From Fistulifera solaris (Eukaryota), in NCBI GenBank assembly GCA_030295235.1, contig AP026134.1, forward strand, positions 1,240,001 through 1,304,000: DNA of 64,000 nucleotides. Direction: 5' to 3'. Every line of letters starts with the position of its first letter. Positions within the stretch are counted from its first letter, which is position 1. The position numbers were made by a program, and so were the translations under genes. Below are positions 62,302 through 64,000 of the stretch, piece after piece. Below the pieces are notes generated by a model. The model was not told the origin of the DNA and ran no database searches. It saw only the letters and a program-made list of their open reading frames with translations.

Positions 62302-63232
62302 ATGCGATTATCGACTCCTCTTGACACTGACACACTAGCTCCTACCGCTGTTCGTAAACGGCGTATCGAAATGCGCCAGCTGCAGCGGTTTGAAAGTGAG
62401 GACGACTTGAAGGCCTCCAACAGCAAGCGCGTCCGTTACGATGACTCGCTCTCCAGCTCAAGTAGTACTAGCGGTGACGAGGAATCTTCTTCTTCTGCGG
62501 GAAATGTTTCGATTCGAGGATACAAGAAGCATGCCCGGTACGTTCCGGAAGTCCCAATGACCAAGGCAGAGCTTTCGGCTTGGCGGAAAGAGGCACGTCG
62601 GGTTCGCAATCGTGAAAGTGCAGCGGCGTCTCGACAAAAGACGCGTTCGCGCATTGAAGAGCTAGAAGGTCAAGTCGACAAACTTCAGGAAAAGTATTTG
62701 CAAGCGTTACAGCGAATCGCGGATCTAGAAAATGGTGTCCGTGGTAGGTCCACCCCGGCGACACTTTATCAAGACATGATGCTGCATATGGGTCATACTA
62801 GTTCTTGTACTCCAGCAGCCGATGTGTTCGTTCAACCGGAACTTTCTGTCACCGTTTCTCCGCCACAGTCACCGCGCTCGGAGCCACTTTTTCATTTCGG
62901 AGGATCTCAATCAGTCGCAGCACATGGATATGTTCTCACGATCAACTGACGTTTGATTCGTGGACTCTTAATGGTTGTTTACAACCAACATTAAACATTT
63001 CCTTCCAGCAGTGAAGACCTGCCATGATGTTGCACCTTCTGATGTGAGCCCTCTTGATTTGATTGGTTCTTCCGATGTTGCATCGACTGTCGACGAGGCA
63101 CGAGTTTCGGAACCTTCTTCCTTGGATGCCACGCACATCGCATTAAGTGATATGCACGATTATGAGCTTGGGGAGTTTCTATGTGAAGCTTTTGCTGAAC
63201 ATGATGCGGAAGATACTTTGACGATTCTTTGA
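62302..63232 (+). CDS. bZIP transcription factor (3' exon structure uncertain)
   Basis: RYVP.VPMTK.EL.AWRKEARRVRNRESAAASRQKTRSRIEELE; probable intron ending TTCCAG ~63008 to an acidic tail ELGEFL.EAF. Confidence 0.8.
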
Positions 63233-63468
63233 AGTTCAGTCTTGCCACTTTTCTCATATAGATGTACCCGACGACTTTCATCCACTTTTCATCATCCAAT
63301 AAAATAACTCCGAAGAACGCCTGGATAATAATCAATTTAGTTAATTGTAAGAAGTATTAATCTATAAATTTCATCAATACATGCATTGTACAAGTTACAA
63401 CCGGTTGGAGCTACTCTGCGATATTGTTATTGTCAATTGAACCTACAAGAAAATTCAGGTCTCCGAGC

Positions 63469-64000
63469 CTAGATTGTCGACCAGTCATTGTTTGCTTTTC
63501 CCCAGGTTTCGAAAAACCTTCTCGACCTTGGTGTCATCTTGTTCGCCACGGCCGCAGGAAATTCAAATAGCTTCGGAGTCTTCAATTCGCTCTTGATCGC
63601 GGCTTGAATTTCAATTTCAATTTCTTCCACCGGATGTGGTGTGGCACGTTTAAGGATCGATCCACGTTTCACACATTGTCGGAGATTTGAAACGTACGAC
63701 TCAGCGACAGATCTCATTGTACTTGTATCTATTACCGTTGCCGTTTGAACCGGTTCCCCACTAGTTGCTTGTGTTTGAGCGTTTCTAGCCGCAATCAAGT
63801 GTTGAACGAAACTAGCCCGTGCATCTTGTGGGCCATGAATCTTTTCCGGGTCTAGCGCCTCGTGCTTTTCCTGGCTTTGAGTTGGCGCTAGGGCCGTTAA
63901 ACTCTCGGCTAAGCATTCGATTTGCGCTTTTACTTCCTGTAGTCCTTGCATTGTCTTAGTCTCTGCCGTTCGAATTTCGTGTACAAACTCCTCTTTACTC
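63469..64000 (-). CDS. 3' part of a gene entering from the window edge, unknown function
   Basis: ORF of 160+ aa with helical, low-complexity composition; appears to extend past 64000. Confidence 0.5.
   Translation of the reverse strand, partial: SKEEFVHEIRTAETKTMQGLQEVKAQIECLAESLTALAPTQSQEKHEALDPEKIHGPQDARASFVQHLIAARNAQTQATSGEPVQTATVIDTSTMRSVAESYVSNLRQCVKRGSILKRATPHPVEEIEIEIQAAIKSELKTPKLFEFPAAVANKMTPRSRRFFETWGKANNDWSTI

Overview
Gene-dense eukaryotic nuclear DNA, almost certainly a diatom. The evidence is short GT-AG introns of ~65-160 nt and bipartite signal+transit presequences with an AF-type cleavage motif. About 33 protein genes are present, including CPOX, a GH81 glucanase, two fucosyltransferase-like genes, Pin1, TOP3A, BUD20, aconitase X, a sulfurtransferase, MgtC, ERD2, FEX, an SLC34 Na/Pi transporter, AsnRS, HYKK, a CCCH protein and two bZIPs. 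Roughly 18 genes are split by 1-nt indels, mostly in homopolymer runs, which points to an unpolished long-read assembly rather than biology. Highlights: (1) a head-to-head pair of plastid-targeted FAD enzymes closely resembling the Cutibacterium acnes polyunsaturated fatty-acid isomerase (PAI), a candidate conjugated-PUFA system; (2) three families of tiny non-autonomous elements (two of ~79 bp, one of 28 bp) with CWG target-site duplications, PIF/Harbinger-like, often inserted in GGTACC-rich tracts; (3) a 5'-truncated RLE-type LINE; (4) an intronless ~810-aa secreted protein of unknown function; (5) a divergent pair of bZIP paralogues; (6) CAGAAWTTCTG arrays bracketing the phosphate transporter. 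All protein family calls come from motif recognition by eye; no searches were run.
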